NCBI GenBank assembly: GCA_963833425.1
Contig: CAWHXP010000011.1
Span: 80,671-144,670, forward strand
Reading direction: 5' to 3'
DNA from: an uncultured Methanosarcinaceae archaeon
GTDB taxonomy: Archaea > Halobacteriota > Methanosarcinia > Methanosarcinales > Methanosarcinaceae
DNA: 64,000 nt
Part shown: in pieces, positions 23,818 through 36,907 of the stretch
Layout of the letters: every line of letters starts with the position of its first letter
Numbering within the stretch: the first letter of the stretch is position 1
Translations under genes and position numbers: made by a program
The notes under the pieces: model-generated
The model's input: the letters and a program-made list of their open reading frames with translations, nothing else
The model's database searches: none
Told to the model about the DNA's origin: nothing

Positions 23818-24955
23818 TAGAGGATTTCGATAAACTTCGGATTTTATTGCTTAGCAGGGATTTCTCATATCTTCCCCTCAATTTCTCTATTTAATTCCTC
23901 TTTTTGGCTTTACTTATTCTCAATTCTTTGATTTTAAAGATAGCTTCCGCTATCTTCATTATACTTTTTTTATTTTCAATGTCCTCAATTGATGGAGATT
24001 ATAACAAAAAGCCGTACACAACATTTTTAGATTTACTAGTTTAACAGTAGTAACAAAAACTCTCCCTGCTTTGAAAATTTCTTTCGTTACTGAATAAACT
24101 CTTTCCCCTGTGACTCTTTTTAAGCTAATTCTCTTATTTCTTAATATATCATTTATTCCCAGCGTATGTCCTTTGACTGCTCTTTTCATTGTTGCACTAT
24201 ACCCTTTCGTTTTTGCTCCAAAGTATCCTTTGTCCCTATAAACCACTTCATTTTCCTCTGTCACATCTACATACGAATCATTTACTGACGCAGTTGTTGT
24301 TTTGAATCTTCTGATCAGCTAATAATCTCTGACTATTATATTATGAAACTTATATCCAAAGTGAGACTTACCTCCCTTCTTTGTCCATGTTCTGTCTCTG
24401 CTTATTCTTGTTTTTGCCTCATCTCTCTGCTTTTGCATGTCCTGGATCTGAATGGATAAAAGTAGAATCCTGAATCATTCCCTGCTTTATCGGTAAACCC
24501 AGAGCATCAAGTTGGCTTTGCAACTTTCCCCATATTTTCTTTGAAATTCTCGATAATTCTCTCCCTAAATAGCCATATAGTAGTACTGTCAGGTATGTAT
24601 TCCGGAAATCCAAGGAATTTCCTAAAAGAAATTCGATCTATACACTGTTTCTCAAGTTCAAAATCAGAGAGCCCATGCCATTGTTGTAAAACAAGCATTT
24701 TGAACATCACAATGACATCAGTTTCAGGTCTCCCTCATGAAACGGTTTTGTTGATACACATAGACTCAAGAATAATACGAAACGCTTTCCAATCAATTAA
24801 GGAAGCAATTTCAGCAAGCTTATCTCCAACAGATTCAAGACGTTTATACTCTTATTTAAGAGAAAAATCAGTAAGAGTTTTCATGAATATAGATAAATAT
24901 TGACAAATTTAAAGTCAACCATGCTCAAGAGCATGGAGGTTATCGAAATTCGCTA
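23818..24955 (-). mobile_element. IS5-family element with disrupted transposase
   Basis: IRs TAGAGGATTTCGATAAAC / GGTTATCGAAATTCGCTA. Motifs LQQWHGLSD, PDSTTIW, QDSTF and YRDKGY are spread over several frames. Confidence 0.88.
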
Positions 24956-25073
24956 TATTTTAATTATTCCCGAAGATCAAAACATTCTGAACATGGTGAC
25001 TATTGAGAGTCACTAGCTCTCGATTTATAGTGAAGACATTGTCCAATCTTCACATAGGAATTGAGGTATTATT

Positions 25074-25965
25074 ATGGAACTAGCAACATTGATACTACAC
25101 TTGTTAAAAGGCTAGTGTAGTACTCACAATATTTGCCCTTGGGCTCAGCACGAAGCCACAGGACACGACATATCTTTTCCACAGGCCTGAGAAAGTTATT
25201 GAGATCTTTCCTGTCGATGAACGTTGTCATGCCGCTATTCACGGCAATTGTGATTGCAATTTTCCATCTGCATCCGGTTGTGAAGATAACACTGATCGCT
25301 CTGGCAGTGTCTCCCATTCCACCCCTGCTCCCAAAAAGGGTGTTAAAGGCGGAGGGAGATGCTTCTTACACAATCGGCCTACTTGTCACAGCTTCTTTGT
25401 TCGCGCTCATCTTCGTACCGTTGGCCGTGCACCTGCTGAGGATAGCTTTTGGTATCTCCGCGAAAATATCTCATACAGAGGTCATGTTGATCGTGGGAAT
25501 TACCTCGCTAGCTCCGTTGGTAGCTGGCATGTTAGTTCGATAGATATCTTTTTCCTTCGCCGAGAGAATCACGAAGCCAATTTCTCTTAGCGCTGCAATC
25601 CTCCTCATAAGCGTCACACCTATATTACTCATCAGTATGCCGATTGTCGTTCGATGATAGGCAATGGCACGCAGATCTCCATCGTAGCATTCATTATCGT
25701 AGGACTCACAGTCGGCCATCTGCCAGGTGGACCTAAGCCGGAGCACCGGACTGTGCTAGCGCTTACGGCATCTTCCAAGCATCCCGGAATTGCGATTGCC
25801 AGCACTATTTATCCTGAGAAAAATCTCGTGATAGCGACCATTATTTTATACTTGTTCATGAATATAATTATATCATTTCCATACCTTATATGGTCAAAGC
25901 TTCGGAACACGAAGATGGGATTCATCCTAATTTGTGATGCAGACAATGGAGAAAATAAAAAATAG
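25074..25965 (+). pseudogene. Bile acid:Na+ symporter (BASS)-like membrane transporter, disrupted
   Basis: Hydrophobic fragments with IALAVSPIPP and GGPKPEHRTVLAL...HPGIA; frameshifts and an in-frame TAG at 25541. Confidence 0.6.
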
Positions 25966-26010
25966 CGGAGAGTGGGAGGAATAAATCATTTGGAACTAGG
26001 AAGTGTATAA

Positions 26011-27143
26011 GTGGCTGATACTGAACATATTCTACTATTTGGCACAGCTTTCTTGAAGCTAATCATTATTCTATTAGTTACCATTAGGATCATAATAATA
26101 ACTCGATTAATTCTGAACCAGTTGGTCTGGCCAGCAGTCAAAAGAACAAAACCAGGAGCTATCGATAAAATCTTCCACCTTTTAGAAATCATCCTACCGA
26201 GTTTCATCATTCTGCTAGGCATACAAGCCGCAGTAAGGATGTTCAGTGAGTCTTATAGTACCTATACAAAACTCATAAATGATTCCTTTTTCCTTATTTA
26301 TTTGAGTATAGGGACATATATTATTCTTAGTTTAATATCCATTACTTCAGACTGGTATTTATCGAGGGTGCACCTGTACAATCTGAAAGAAATTAATCTG
26401 GAAGAAATCGATCACCGAACTGTTCGCTCTATATAATATATGTTTCAGCTGATTTTTTTGTCTTTGTCATAATATTGCTTCTTGAGCATTTCGAAATCAC
26501 AACGACTACACTTCATGAATCAATTACGCTCTAGGTATAGGAGGCATTATAATTGGACTTGCAGCCCAAAATACACTTGCTGACCTAATTGCCGGGATTG
26601 CAATTTCTATTGACCGCCCCTTCAGAATTGGAGATCGTATACTGATTGAAAAACTAGATACATGGGGAGATGTAATAGATATCACCTGGCGGTCAACTCG
26701 GAATTTAACTAGGGATAACCGTCAGGTAGCAATATCCAATTCTGTAATATGCAAGGAACTTATCACGAATTATTCCCTACCTGACACGATGTTTCGTGTT
26801 GAGATCTTTGTCATTGTATATTATGTCCAGGATATAGAGCACTAGCGAAATCTGATTCTTGAGTATCTGGAGAAAGAAGACTGGATAACGCATGATAAAC
26901 CGATACAGGTACTTTTAGCAGGGTTTAAGAATTTGGAGTGCAGTTCAAAGTCAGATGCTGGATAGAAAACTATGTGACACAAAAATTTCCGAGGATCGGC
27001 TCAACACGACAATTTACAAAGCTCTGATAGCTGCAGGTATTGCAATGGCAAGACGGACTTCGTATGTTATCATGTATTTTACTGACTTGAAAAATGAGTC
27101 GATAATTTCCAGACAGGGGAACGATTTCAAGAACAGAAAGTAG
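26011..27143 (+). pseudogene. mscS: Small-conductance mechanosensitive channel (MscS family), disrupted
   Basis: IGLAAQNTLADLIAGIAISIDRPFRIGDRI and ITWRSTRI..RDNRQVAISNS at ~26540-26760; several stops and frameshifts. Confidence 0.8.
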
Positions 27144-27511
27144 TTTAAGAAAAAGGTAAAAAATACAATGGATCGCAATAACCTCTTTTTCAATTATTGA
27201 ACTCATCTCAAACTTGATTAGATTTCATTTTTTTTATTTTTTTTCTTATCATGAGCGCAGGGGTCGACTACTATGTAAAAAATAAACTATTGTGAGACGA
27301 TTTAAGACATTTTCTTTAGTGAGGCAATATCTATAAAGGATATATTGAAAAAACTGACTAGTTGGACTGAGATTAAGCCAGAGTTTAGATAAAATGTGCA
27401 AATTCGAGTAATAATCTGCCTATGTTATATCTTCAATTTATAAGCCCACAAAAGTTTTCTGCGGATGTTGCTGGAAGGGGGAAAGCAACCAAAGCGCCAA
27501 ACATCACCTAT

Positions 27512-29879
27512 TCACTGCCGAGCCATGAGAATACGCATCTCAGCCTCCTGATCTTCTATCAGCTGGCCGCTTACATCCACGGTCACGTTGTGGATCTTGC
27601 CTGTGAACTCAAATGGAGGCTTATAGTCCGGTGTGACTGGTGATCTATGGGCTGAGCCACATGCTACCCCGCCGGTTAGCCCGAATATAAGCGGACTAGT
27701 CACGGGTACATCAGCTTGACCAACCAACTTTCCATCTATAAAAAGCGTAGCAATTCCAGGTGAGCCCTTCCCATGAGCAATATCAGGGTTATCAGTAACT
27801 TCGAACTTAAACCCGAGTTGATGTCTCCCTGCAGGAACATTCTCATTTGACTCTACATAGTAAAAGGCTCTAGACACATAGTTGTGCACCCAATGAAGCT
27901 TCCCGTCTTTGATATAAAATGAAAAACCGCCATCTATACCACCATGAGAGAGCAAGATTCCTTCAGCACCTTCTTCGGGGATCTCTACATCGGCTATGAT
28001 ACAGTGGGAGCGGTTGAGAACTTTGACTACTGCATTTGCAGAAATCTCCTGAGTTCCCGGATAATATGTGTAACGCGTTCGATTGATTGCTATACTTGGC
28101 CTCTCAACGGCAGCACGCTGAACTCCACGACCATCGATAGGTAGCACATTATATTTTCCGGCTTCTGCATACCAGGTGGCAATCATCTCGATTAACTTCG
28201 ATCGATTCTCTGCAGCCACATTATAGTTCTCTGCCCAATCCTTCTCAACATGATAAAGCTCCCAGCCTTTTGCATCCAGCTCAGTCAATGTATCTGCTGA
28301 AATCGGTTCTCCAAAAGGTTTTCCTGCTTCAGTGAACGACGGACCAGGCCACGGACATACTGCACGCCAGCCGTCATGATACAGAGAGCGGTGCCCCATC
28401 ATCTCGAAGTATTGGGTGTGGTGCTTGGTTGGTGCGTTGGCATCGCCAAATGTATGTGCAAAACTTACCCCTTCGATAGGTGATTGGCTTACACCTTTGA
28501 TTATTGTCGGAGGCTCAATTCCCAGGCATTCCAGAACTGTAGGTACCATATCAATAGTGTGAGCATACTGAGTCCGAATTTCGCCTTTGGCTTTAATTCC
28601 TTTGGGCCAGTGGACAATAAAGGGATCACTGATACCACCACGGTAGGTTTCTCGTTTCCAACGGCTAAATGGTGTGTTTCCGGCCCAGGTCCAGCCCCAA
28701 GCATAATGGTTGAAGGTCTCTGGTCCCCCAAGTTTATCCAAGGCTGCGAGATTTTCCTCTAGAGACTCAGGCACATTGTTGAAAAACTTGTTCTCATTAA
28801 TTGATCCCGTAGGACCTCCTTCGGAGCTTGCCCCGTTATCAGAAATTACCATGATCAACGTATTTTTGAACTCATTAATATCTTTTAGAAACTGCAACAA
28901 CCGACCAATGTGATAATCTGTGTGTTCTAGGAATCCGGCAAAGACTTCCATCATACGGGCATATAGTTTCTTCTCCTCAGGGGAGCATTTGTCCCAAGGT
29001 TTAACATCAGGATCATGGCGAGATAGCTTGGTTTCTTTTGGGACAATACCCAGTTCCTTCTGCCGGGCTAATGTCTTCTCTCGATAAGCGTCCCAACAAC
29101 TATCGAACTTACCGCTATATTTATCTGCCCATTCCTTAGGAACATGATGAGGAGCATGCGTGGCACCTGGACAGAAGTACATAAAAAAAGGTTTGCTGGG
29201 TGCGATTTGTTTGGAATCAGCAATGAATTGGATAGCCCTATTCACTATATCCTCATTCAAGGTGTAGCCCTCTTCTGGAGTTTTGGGAGGGGCTATGGAA
29301 TGATTATCATAGATCAGTTCAGGATAATACTGGTTTGTATCACCTCCTAAAAAACCGTAAAAGCGCTCAAAACCTCTTCCCAAAGGCCATCGGTCATAGG
29401 GCCCAGCCGCAGACATCTGTTCTGCAGGCGTCATATGCCATTTGCCAATTGCATAGGTATTGTAACCATGCTGCAGAAGCATCTCAGACAAAAAACCGTT
29501 ATCAAAAGGTATATTACCGTTATAGCCTGGATAGCCAGTTGAGCCTTCAGTGATACATGCCATATTGTTTGAATGATGGTTTCGGCCGGTAATTATGCAC
29601 GAACGGCTAGGGAGCACAGCGCAGTTGTATGCATATTGCTGTAAGCGAGACCATCCGCAGCCAAACTATCAAGGTTGGGTGTATGTATAGGGCTACCATA
29701 GCATCCAAGTTGTCCAAATCCTGTGTCGTCCAGTACAATGAACAGTACGTTAGAGCACCCTCTTTAGAACGCTGTGGTTCTGGCCAAGCTGGCTCCGACT
29801 CGTCCACTGTGCGCCCGATTACACCTGGAAAAGTAGTTCCCGGTTTATATTCTTTCATTGACACATCTTTTTCCTCCAA
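27512..29879 (-). pseudogene. Arylsulfatase (formylglycine-dependent) with two single-base frameshifts near the 5' end
   Basis: Adding one C at ~29753 and one at ~29610 gives APNVLFIVLDDTGFGQLGCYG...TTALCSPSRSCIITGRNHH. The remaining ~700 aa (GKWH, SDNGAS) are open. Confidence 0.85.
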
Positions 29880-30042
29880 TAGTTAATTGGTCTATTGAAA
29901 AAAAATTTGTCTGGTTATCAATATTGAAAAAGCTAAAGTGTTTTATTCATCAATTTTTGATCTATCCAGTTCAAATTGAAAAAATATTTAGTTTAATTAT
30001 ATTAAATTAACTATTAGCAAATTGTTTTTGAAATAAATAGTC

Positions 30043-30316
30043 TTGTACCTTGCCATAAAAAATGTTAATATTGTAGCTAATTCTACTATCTCCCTTGCTG
30101 ATGGAGTTGCAAAGTATTTGAGTTCCGGAAAACTGGAAAATGATTCCATGCTCCAAGAGCGTCTCCTTGCTGAAATGAAGAATCATTCCAACATTATTAG
30201 CATCGTTGTTGCATATTTTCCCGCTGCTAATGCCGGGAAGCTTTATGCACCCCATGTCAAGAGAAACGATTCAGAAGTCGTATATGATCCGCTCAAATAT
30301 AACTACACGAAGGAGA
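30043..30316 (+). pseudogene. Fragment of a Cache-like extracellular sensor domain, truncated by IS6 ends
   Basis: LLAEMKNHSNIISIVVAYFP...LYAPHVKR...YNYTK stops abruptly at an IS6 IR. Confidence 0.45.
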
Positions 30317-30596
30317 GGCCGTTGCAAAAAATCTGGCTTTCTTGCAAAATCAGAAAAAAACCTTCAAAATTAGGAAATTTAATCATTTTAATTAGAAAGA
30401 AAATTACACATAACGGTGAAAATTATAGTTTCAAATTGCAGAAATATTATTTTTGCAACAGAACCCCATCTTACATTCAATAGGATAATTTCTCCTTCAT
30501 AATGCTTCCATTTAAAGGAATTAGATAGCATATTACTATCTTTGATTTTCTTTTTATTCTATTGTATCAGTAGAAAGGATTTTTTGCAACGGAACC
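30317..30596. mobile_element. IS6-derived mini element (30317-30465) abutting a second IS6 end fragment (30466-30596)
   Basis: CCGTTGCAAAAAA ... TTTTTGCAACAGAACC, followed by sequence nearly identical to 1922-2051 ending TTTTTGCAACGGAACC. Confidence 0.8.
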
Positions 30597-30890
30597 AAAT
30601 AAAAAAATATCATAGACATTTTTTCAAGACATAATGGATAATCTCCTGATAAACTGCTTGAATTAATGGCTACATTTTATTACTCTCTAAGCTCAGGTCC
30701 GTATGCAATATAAATAGAATTCACTTGTAATTCAAGACCTTACAATAGAAGAAACATAAAAAAATCAATGACTATTGATATTATTCATTTATGTAAATTG
30801 CTTCGTAGTTACAGATAACCAGTATGTCTACGTGTTTGGAACCGTATATAACACTTCATATGCACCTTTTTCCAAAAGGCAAGTCAGCGA

Positions 30891-31503
30891 TCACAAACAC
30901 TCGTAAGTCGATAAATTTTTGGACTTATAAGCTTTTAATAGTTTTTCCGTTTTATTAGCATGTTTTGTGACTAAATAAAGACTATGAACAGCTTGTTCCA
31001 TATACGAGTTTCCGGCTTCAATATCTCCTTTTTTTATAAGCTTCGATTGCATGATAATATAAACTGCTGCACTTTTGGCCTGTACCATTTGTAATCGATA
31101 TTCATCTTTTGCATTTTGTAAATCAGGCGATACACTGTATAAATCACTATCATTTATTGCTTTCTGGCTATCTTTGTCTAAAGTATTTGCATATGTAGAG
31201 ACTGACGTGAAATCGTTGTTATCTGATGTAAAATTGTTGTTCATTAACGCAGTACCTAGGTATTTCATATCATCAGCTACAACAAGTGAATTTGATAGAT
31301 ACGTTTCCAACCATTGAGAATCTTGGTAGTTTGTTGTTGCATTTATTGGTATAGGAGCCAGTGTTGGAACTGGCATTGTAACTTCGGTTGGTGCTTTTGC
31401 ATAACACAAAGCGATTGGAATAGTTGCCAAAATCAAAAAACAAAAAAATTATCGTTAAAATATTCAGTATCTTTTTTGTCTTCTCAAATGCGTGTTTTCC
31501 CAT
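30891..31503 (-). pseudogene. Hypothetical secreted protein, frameshifted in the signal-peptide region
   Basis: MGKHAFEKTKKILNILTIIF.. (from 31503) joins ILATIPIALCYAKAPTE.. across a T-run near 31440. Confidence 0.55.
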
Positions 31504-31997
31504 TAATTATACACCTATTTTTGCTCAATTTTTATGTGCTGATGATGTACATGCTTACTGGTGTGTTATTTTTGTCACCGTTATTATTTTAAATTAATGA
31601 TACGAAAAAAAGTTTCTAAACGAAAAAAATGCTGCATTAAATATTTCACATTCAAAGAGCAATTAAATATTAATAATTATTTTTAAAGCATATACATTGA
31701 AATACTATTTTTTTTAGCCTACTCATTGACTTTGGACTCTGTTTTTGTGGTGAGATGAAGGAAGCTGAGCTGATCAGATTTTACATAATTTTCGGTACAC
31801 TGCTCTAATACATTCGATAATTTGTAAAATTACCAGGATTTAGTCCCAAATAAGTTATCAAATGAGACTTATTTTACACTCCATTTTTCAAATTGATTTG
31901 AATTTCAAAAAGCTTAAATATAGAATTCAATCCCAAATAGTATAATTTGAATTGAAAATAATAAATGGATAGACAACGTAGTTAGGAGAGATCAAAG

Positions 31998-32402
31998 ATG
32001 ATACCTGACAGGTGTAGCTTTTGTAAAGGCAAACTTGTTGAAGGTAAGACAGACTTTGTGGTAAAAGTTAGAGAGCAAATTATTGCTATCAAAGATGTTT
32101 CTGCCTATATATATGAAAACTGCGGAGAAGCATACTATATTCCAAAAATTCACATTCCGGCAGAGAGGAATGTAATAGAATGGATATTCTCAGTGAAAGA
32201 CAATGGAATTGAATCGACCCACAATATTCGCAGAAAATCTTTGAAGTTTTTAAGCAATTGCATAAAAAGGAAGTATATCCTGGAACAGGTATAGGGCTAG
32301 CAATTTGTAAGAAAATTGTAGAGCGGCATGATGAGCATATATGGGTAGAATAGGAACTTATCGAAGGTCCACCTTTTACTTCACTTTGCCCATACTCCTA
32401 TG
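31998..32402 (+). pseudogene. YgiT/MqsA-type zinc-finger fragment joined to a histidine-kinase HATPase_c C-terminal fragment
   Basis: CSFCKG...IKDVSAYIYENCGEAYY, then WIFSVKDNGI and, in shifted frames, [18 protein letters not shown]...STFYFTLP. Confidence 0.7.
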
Positions 32403-32552
32403 ATATAAAAAACCAACTTTTGATGTATTCTGATTCATTGACTATGGTCTTTCATATTTATGTAAGCCGTTTCTTTTTGAAACCTGACTTCCTAACTATC
32501 ACTTTCTGATAGGCTCTAAATACATAGAATAAATTGTTATGATGAAAGGGCA

Positions 32553-32647
32553 TAAAGACTTACATACTTAAGGTAGAAAATTAAAACAAAAAAATTATAT
32601 TATCTAATTAAATTTAATCATGATATAACTTAGTGCGTAAGTCCTAA
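32553..32647. mobile_element. MITE-like repeat (TTAGGACTTACGCA-end family)
   Basis: TAAAGACTTACATACTTA ... TTAGTGCGTAAGTCCTAA. Confidence 0.65.
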
Positions 32648-32704
32648 TTAAATTATGTCATAGAAATATACTCAAATTCGCTCTTTTGTCTTATTAGAGA
32701 GTGC

Positions 32705-33148
32705 TCATCTTACAACGAGTACTGATTTTTTGGAATGTTGGACCACATTGTCGGCAATGCTTGCATTCAGTAATCCTTTAACCCCGGTCATCCCGTGAGT
32801 GGCCACAATGATAAGGCCAATGTCATTTTTTTCTGCAAATTCGATAATGCCTTCTGAAGGGCTTCCTCGAAGAATTAAAGATTCGACTTCAACATTTGCA
32901 GCTTTTCCAGCATTTTCGACATATGTGATTGCTTCTTTACCTTCTGTTGCGACCTTCTTAGCAAATGCCTTCTCCCAGTCCTCACTTGTATCAAGAGTCA
33001 TCGAAAAGAATGCCATTGCTATCATATGTAAAGCATACAGTTTTGCGCCGGTCATTTTAGCAATTTCAATTGCTGTATTAACAGCTTTTTCTGATGCTTC
33101 AGTACCGTCGGTTGCAACCATTATCTTTCTGAAAATACCACTGTTCAT
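32705..33148 (-). CDS. Universal stress protein (UspA family)
   Basis: KIMVATDGTEAS, GSPSEGII, IIVATHGMTG and SIADNVVQHSKKSVLVVR motifs. Confidence 0.93.
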   Translation of the reverse strand: MNSGIFRKIMVATDGTEASEKAVNTAIEIAKMTGAKLYALHMIAMAFFSMTLDTSEDWEKAFAKKVATEGKEAITYVENAGKAANVEVESLILRGSPSEGIIEFAEKNDIGLIIVATHGMTGVKGLLNASIADNVVQHSKKSVLVVR

Positions 33149-33516
33149 ACTTATTTCTCCTATTCTACATTATTTTACATTATAGTATATAATTCTATAA
33201 ACATTTGCTGGAAGAAAAGCAAGATTAAATTTTCATGTTTGGATAAAATGTGACATTTCTACCATGAGAAAGACCCTGATAAAAATATAAATAAATTATA
33301 TAAAATCATCTTCATCACTAAATTGATTAGGATAACTGAATAAAATAGTACTAATTAGACATTTTCTGCGGCAGTACACCTAAAGTTTACAAAATCTGTC
33401 CTTTTTTTGCATTTCTAGTGCTTGTCTTTTTTTCATAAGTTCTTTTAATGTTGGTGGGACTATGCATACACTCTCAAATTGTTTATTATTCGCAAGATAC
33501 ATGGATATTTTTTATA

Positions 33517-33554
<38 letters not shown>

Positions 33555-33613
33555 TATATACTTCTATTTTCTCTGCTTCTTGTCATTACGAAAAATAGGA
33601 CTTATCGTTTTGC

Positions 33614-33945
33614 TGATTCCGTTGCAAAAATTTCAAAATAACATGTAAATCTATTAGTAATGAATAAAAATATTCAAGGAAAATGTACTAACATTATAAA
33701 ACTATATCAAACAATTGATTAATGTATTTGACTTCATTAAGAACAGAGTAATTTAGATTCTTGATTTGTCCTTTTTTAATCATATTCATAGCTTCAATTC
33801 CTTTTAAAGTCTTATTAGCAGATCGAAAAGACTGAAATCCTAACATTGGATTAACGATTCGCTTTGTAGATCTATGATCTTGTTCTATAATGTTATTCGA
33901 ATACTTGATTTGTCGAATACCTACGTTTTTAGGTAGTATTTTAGG
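33614..33945 (-). mobile_element. IS6-family remnant (3' part of the transposase plus IR)
   Basis: GATTCCGTTGCAAAAA IR; NNIIEQDHRSTKR; very similar to 1197-1530. Confidence 0.85.
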
Positions 33946-34142
33946 TATTGATGCAACAGATGTCTCAAAAATCACAATGAGATGACCATTAGAGAAGTGA
34001 GTGATTTCATTATTTTGTATAATCTTAATATTCTCTTTTATTTACCTCCTTATTTTTTGGTAAGGTAACAAAAAGAACACAAACATAATCTAAACAAGAT
34101 AATATTATATATGCAGAGATCTATAATAAAAGGGTTTATAAG

Positions 34143-34382
34143 GTGGTTTTTACGACGGATCTCAAAAAATTGTTTCTGGAAGAAAATGTAGGTGGCTTTG
34201 ATCTTCTGTTCCGGGCTATTTTTGGAGTGCTTGCAATCATTACTCTTGCAACAGGTTTTGTGAAAACTTCTTCCTGGAAATGGGTTGTTACTCTGATAGC
34301 TTTTACAGGGCTCTTCAGTTCGATCATGAGACACTGCACTCCTTACACTATCTTTAAGATTAATACTGCAAAAAAGAATTAG
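34143..34382 (+). CDS. DUF2892/YgaP-like small membrane protein; the native ATG appears mutated to ACG (34155)
   Basis: EENVGGFDLLFR...RHCTPY..KINT. The paralog at 50790 has ATG at the equivalent position. Confidence 0.65.
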   Translation: MVFTTDLKKLFLEENVGGFDLLFRAIFGVLAIITLATGFVKTSSWKWVVTLIAFTGLFSSIMRHCTPYTIFKINTAKKN

Positions 34383-35226
34383 AGATAAATTTTAAGGACT
34401 TAAGAATTATCCTTATTGTGGATAATGTGGAGGAAGCTCATTTTTCTTCAATTTACGGTTCATTTTCAACGAAATTGCCTGAACAAGATTCACTCTACAT
34501 TTTTGCCAGTTTCATGAATTTACTATAAATTTTAGGCTAAATGTTTGCACACTCTATGCAAGTGAGTTTCTCTAAGATGTATTCCCTCATCATAATTTAA
34601 TAATATTTGTGATTTTACAAATAATCGGCAAATCTGAATACATCCGCCATTGACTTTGGACCTTTTTTGTGGTGAAAGAAAAAGGATACAGAGTCAATCA
34701 GATTTTACAAAATTTTTGATACATTGCTTTATTAAGCTTAAATGTAAATAGGATTAATACGCAGCTGAAATGATGAAATCGATAGTATAAAATTTAGGAA
34801 AATCAAAATAAAAATATTTAGGAATCTCTACTCATGGTTTTTTTCTTCTCAGGTACATAGGTTCTAAGAATCTCAACGAAAACAATAAACTTTCCAAATA
34901 AAGTTATGTTGTAATACACCTAAATAGGGCTTTACAGCCAGAATTTTAACTTTTGTAGAGATCAAAGAGAATTAAACAAAGAAAGCAGAAAATAGAGTTT
35001 TGGACAAGAAGGTACCTGTCAAAAAATGTAGAACTACTCCTAATAAATGAACATTATGATAGTTGTTAAACTGCAGGTTCCTCAAAAAAATAACTGGATT
35101 AATAGATCCTAGCTGGCTTAAGCTGAGCATATGGAACTTCAGGTCGGAGAATGAACAGGAATTTTCCGATTATCTGTTTCATTTTTCATATACTACTTTT
35201 TAGCATCATTTGCAAATTATTTCCAC

Positions 35227-36907
35227 GGATACAGGATCAAAACCATATGATGACATTAAGGATCAATTGGATTTTGAATATAAAAAATTGTTTTTATCCG
35301 TGTTATTTATCGGTAGAAAGTAAGGAATCGCATGAAATTTTAGATATCCGTCACTTCAACAGCCAGATCAGTGTTGATGATATAATCAAAGTTGATTATT
35401 TTATCCCATTTTTGTTGCATGAACATAGACTGAAAGCATAATCCGATAATTCTTTTTTTCCCGAATTTTCGAGGACCTTTCTGGCAATTTAGTTTGCTTT
35501 ATCAGGATCTATCCCAGTTTTCGGCATTGCAAGTTCATCTCGTAGGACGAGCACGTCAGCATTGCATCTATTAGCTCTCCAAGCTGCATACCCCAGGAGT
35601 CATAGTATTGATCTAGCTTTCTCAAAGTCTAGACCTGGGACGAAGGCAAGCTTTCTGTCCCGGACTACAAAACTTAGAAGTTCAGCAAAGGGGGTGCAGA
35701 AACTTGGAGTTTCCACAAAAGTGATCTTTTCCGCTCCTTCTGCAAGGTCTCTAGAATTGTTCAGGATACCTCCGACCCCTTGTGAGGTAGTTTATTATTG
35801 GCATAACAATGTTCTCCTTATTGAGCTTTCATTAAACTACTTTTAGATTACTCTTTGTAGCATCATTATCAGTACTCTCTGTAGCATTATATATTTTTAT
35901 AAACACATTGAGGCCATTACCTAAAATAAGTTGAGTTGATTAGCTCTTCCCAAGATAAAAGCAAGAAGTGTATTGTTCATAGATGTTGGCACAAGATTAG
36001 GAAACTGACATGGAAATTATTCCAAAATAATTATGTGTTGCTTAGGTTATCTAGTAACAAGCATTAAATGTTTTTTGCATTCAGTTTATTGCTTAGAGTA
36101 ATCATCCTATTTGGGATCTGAAACAGCTTTTTTAAGCAGTTCTCATTTTTCTTAGCTTAACGATTTTTATGCACAACTTCGAATACTAAGTGTAGCGATT
36201 TTCCGACTTTAATGTGAATTTTTTAGTATAACAATAACACTCTATAGACCTTCTTAGACATTTTGTGTCTTAACAGAATACAAATGAAGTAACCTCATAC
36301 CAGTTTTCAGGAAAACTTTTTAAACTTTCGAGTAGATTTCTTCATCGTAGACAGGTTCAAAGTAATCATTTTCTACATAGTTTGTAGATATCATTTCCAT
36401 GTTTAGGGAATTATCCCCAGGTCTTCACTCATCTTTTGCCTCAAAGTAAGGGATACAGACTACTTTTCCATTTCTCAATCGTCCCATAGGTTCCATAAAA
36501 CCTTCTCCACATTTGTTACAGATCAGAGTAGGGTAAATTATGGCTTTTTCTGGAGGCTTTATTTCAACTTCACTGACCCAGAAGAGATTTTCCTCTAGCA
36601 TTTTTAGGATCATCTGGCTTTTTGCTTTGTGTAAGGCTCGAAACTCCTTTGTTTCTTCTGGGCTTGCAGTGTCCATCCTGATTTTTTCGAAGAGTGCAAC
36701 ATGTTTTTCGTCCTGCGAAAGGACATCTGGTTTCAAGGAAATTCTGATGGCTTTTTTATCGCCTCTTTTGAAATATGTGTAAACATGCTTTCCATAATCT
36801 TTAAAAGCAAGATTTCCTTTTCCGCACGTACAACCGTTTATTACCTGAATAGCATCAATAGCACATGATCTATTTTCCGCAATTGTAACTAATTCTTCGT
36901 CTTTGCT
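35227..36907 (-). repeat. Left arm of a ~1.7-kb inverted duplication (partner 61607-63291)
   Basis: The reverse complement aligns with 61607-63291; the core 35664-36565 is nearly identical to 61947-62848. Confidence 0.92.
35340..35804 (-). pseudogene. DUF2124-family protein, disrupted
   Basis: GVGGILNNSRDLAEGAEKITFVETPSFCTPFAELLSFVVRD; frameshift near the start and further lesions downstream. Confidence 0.7.
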
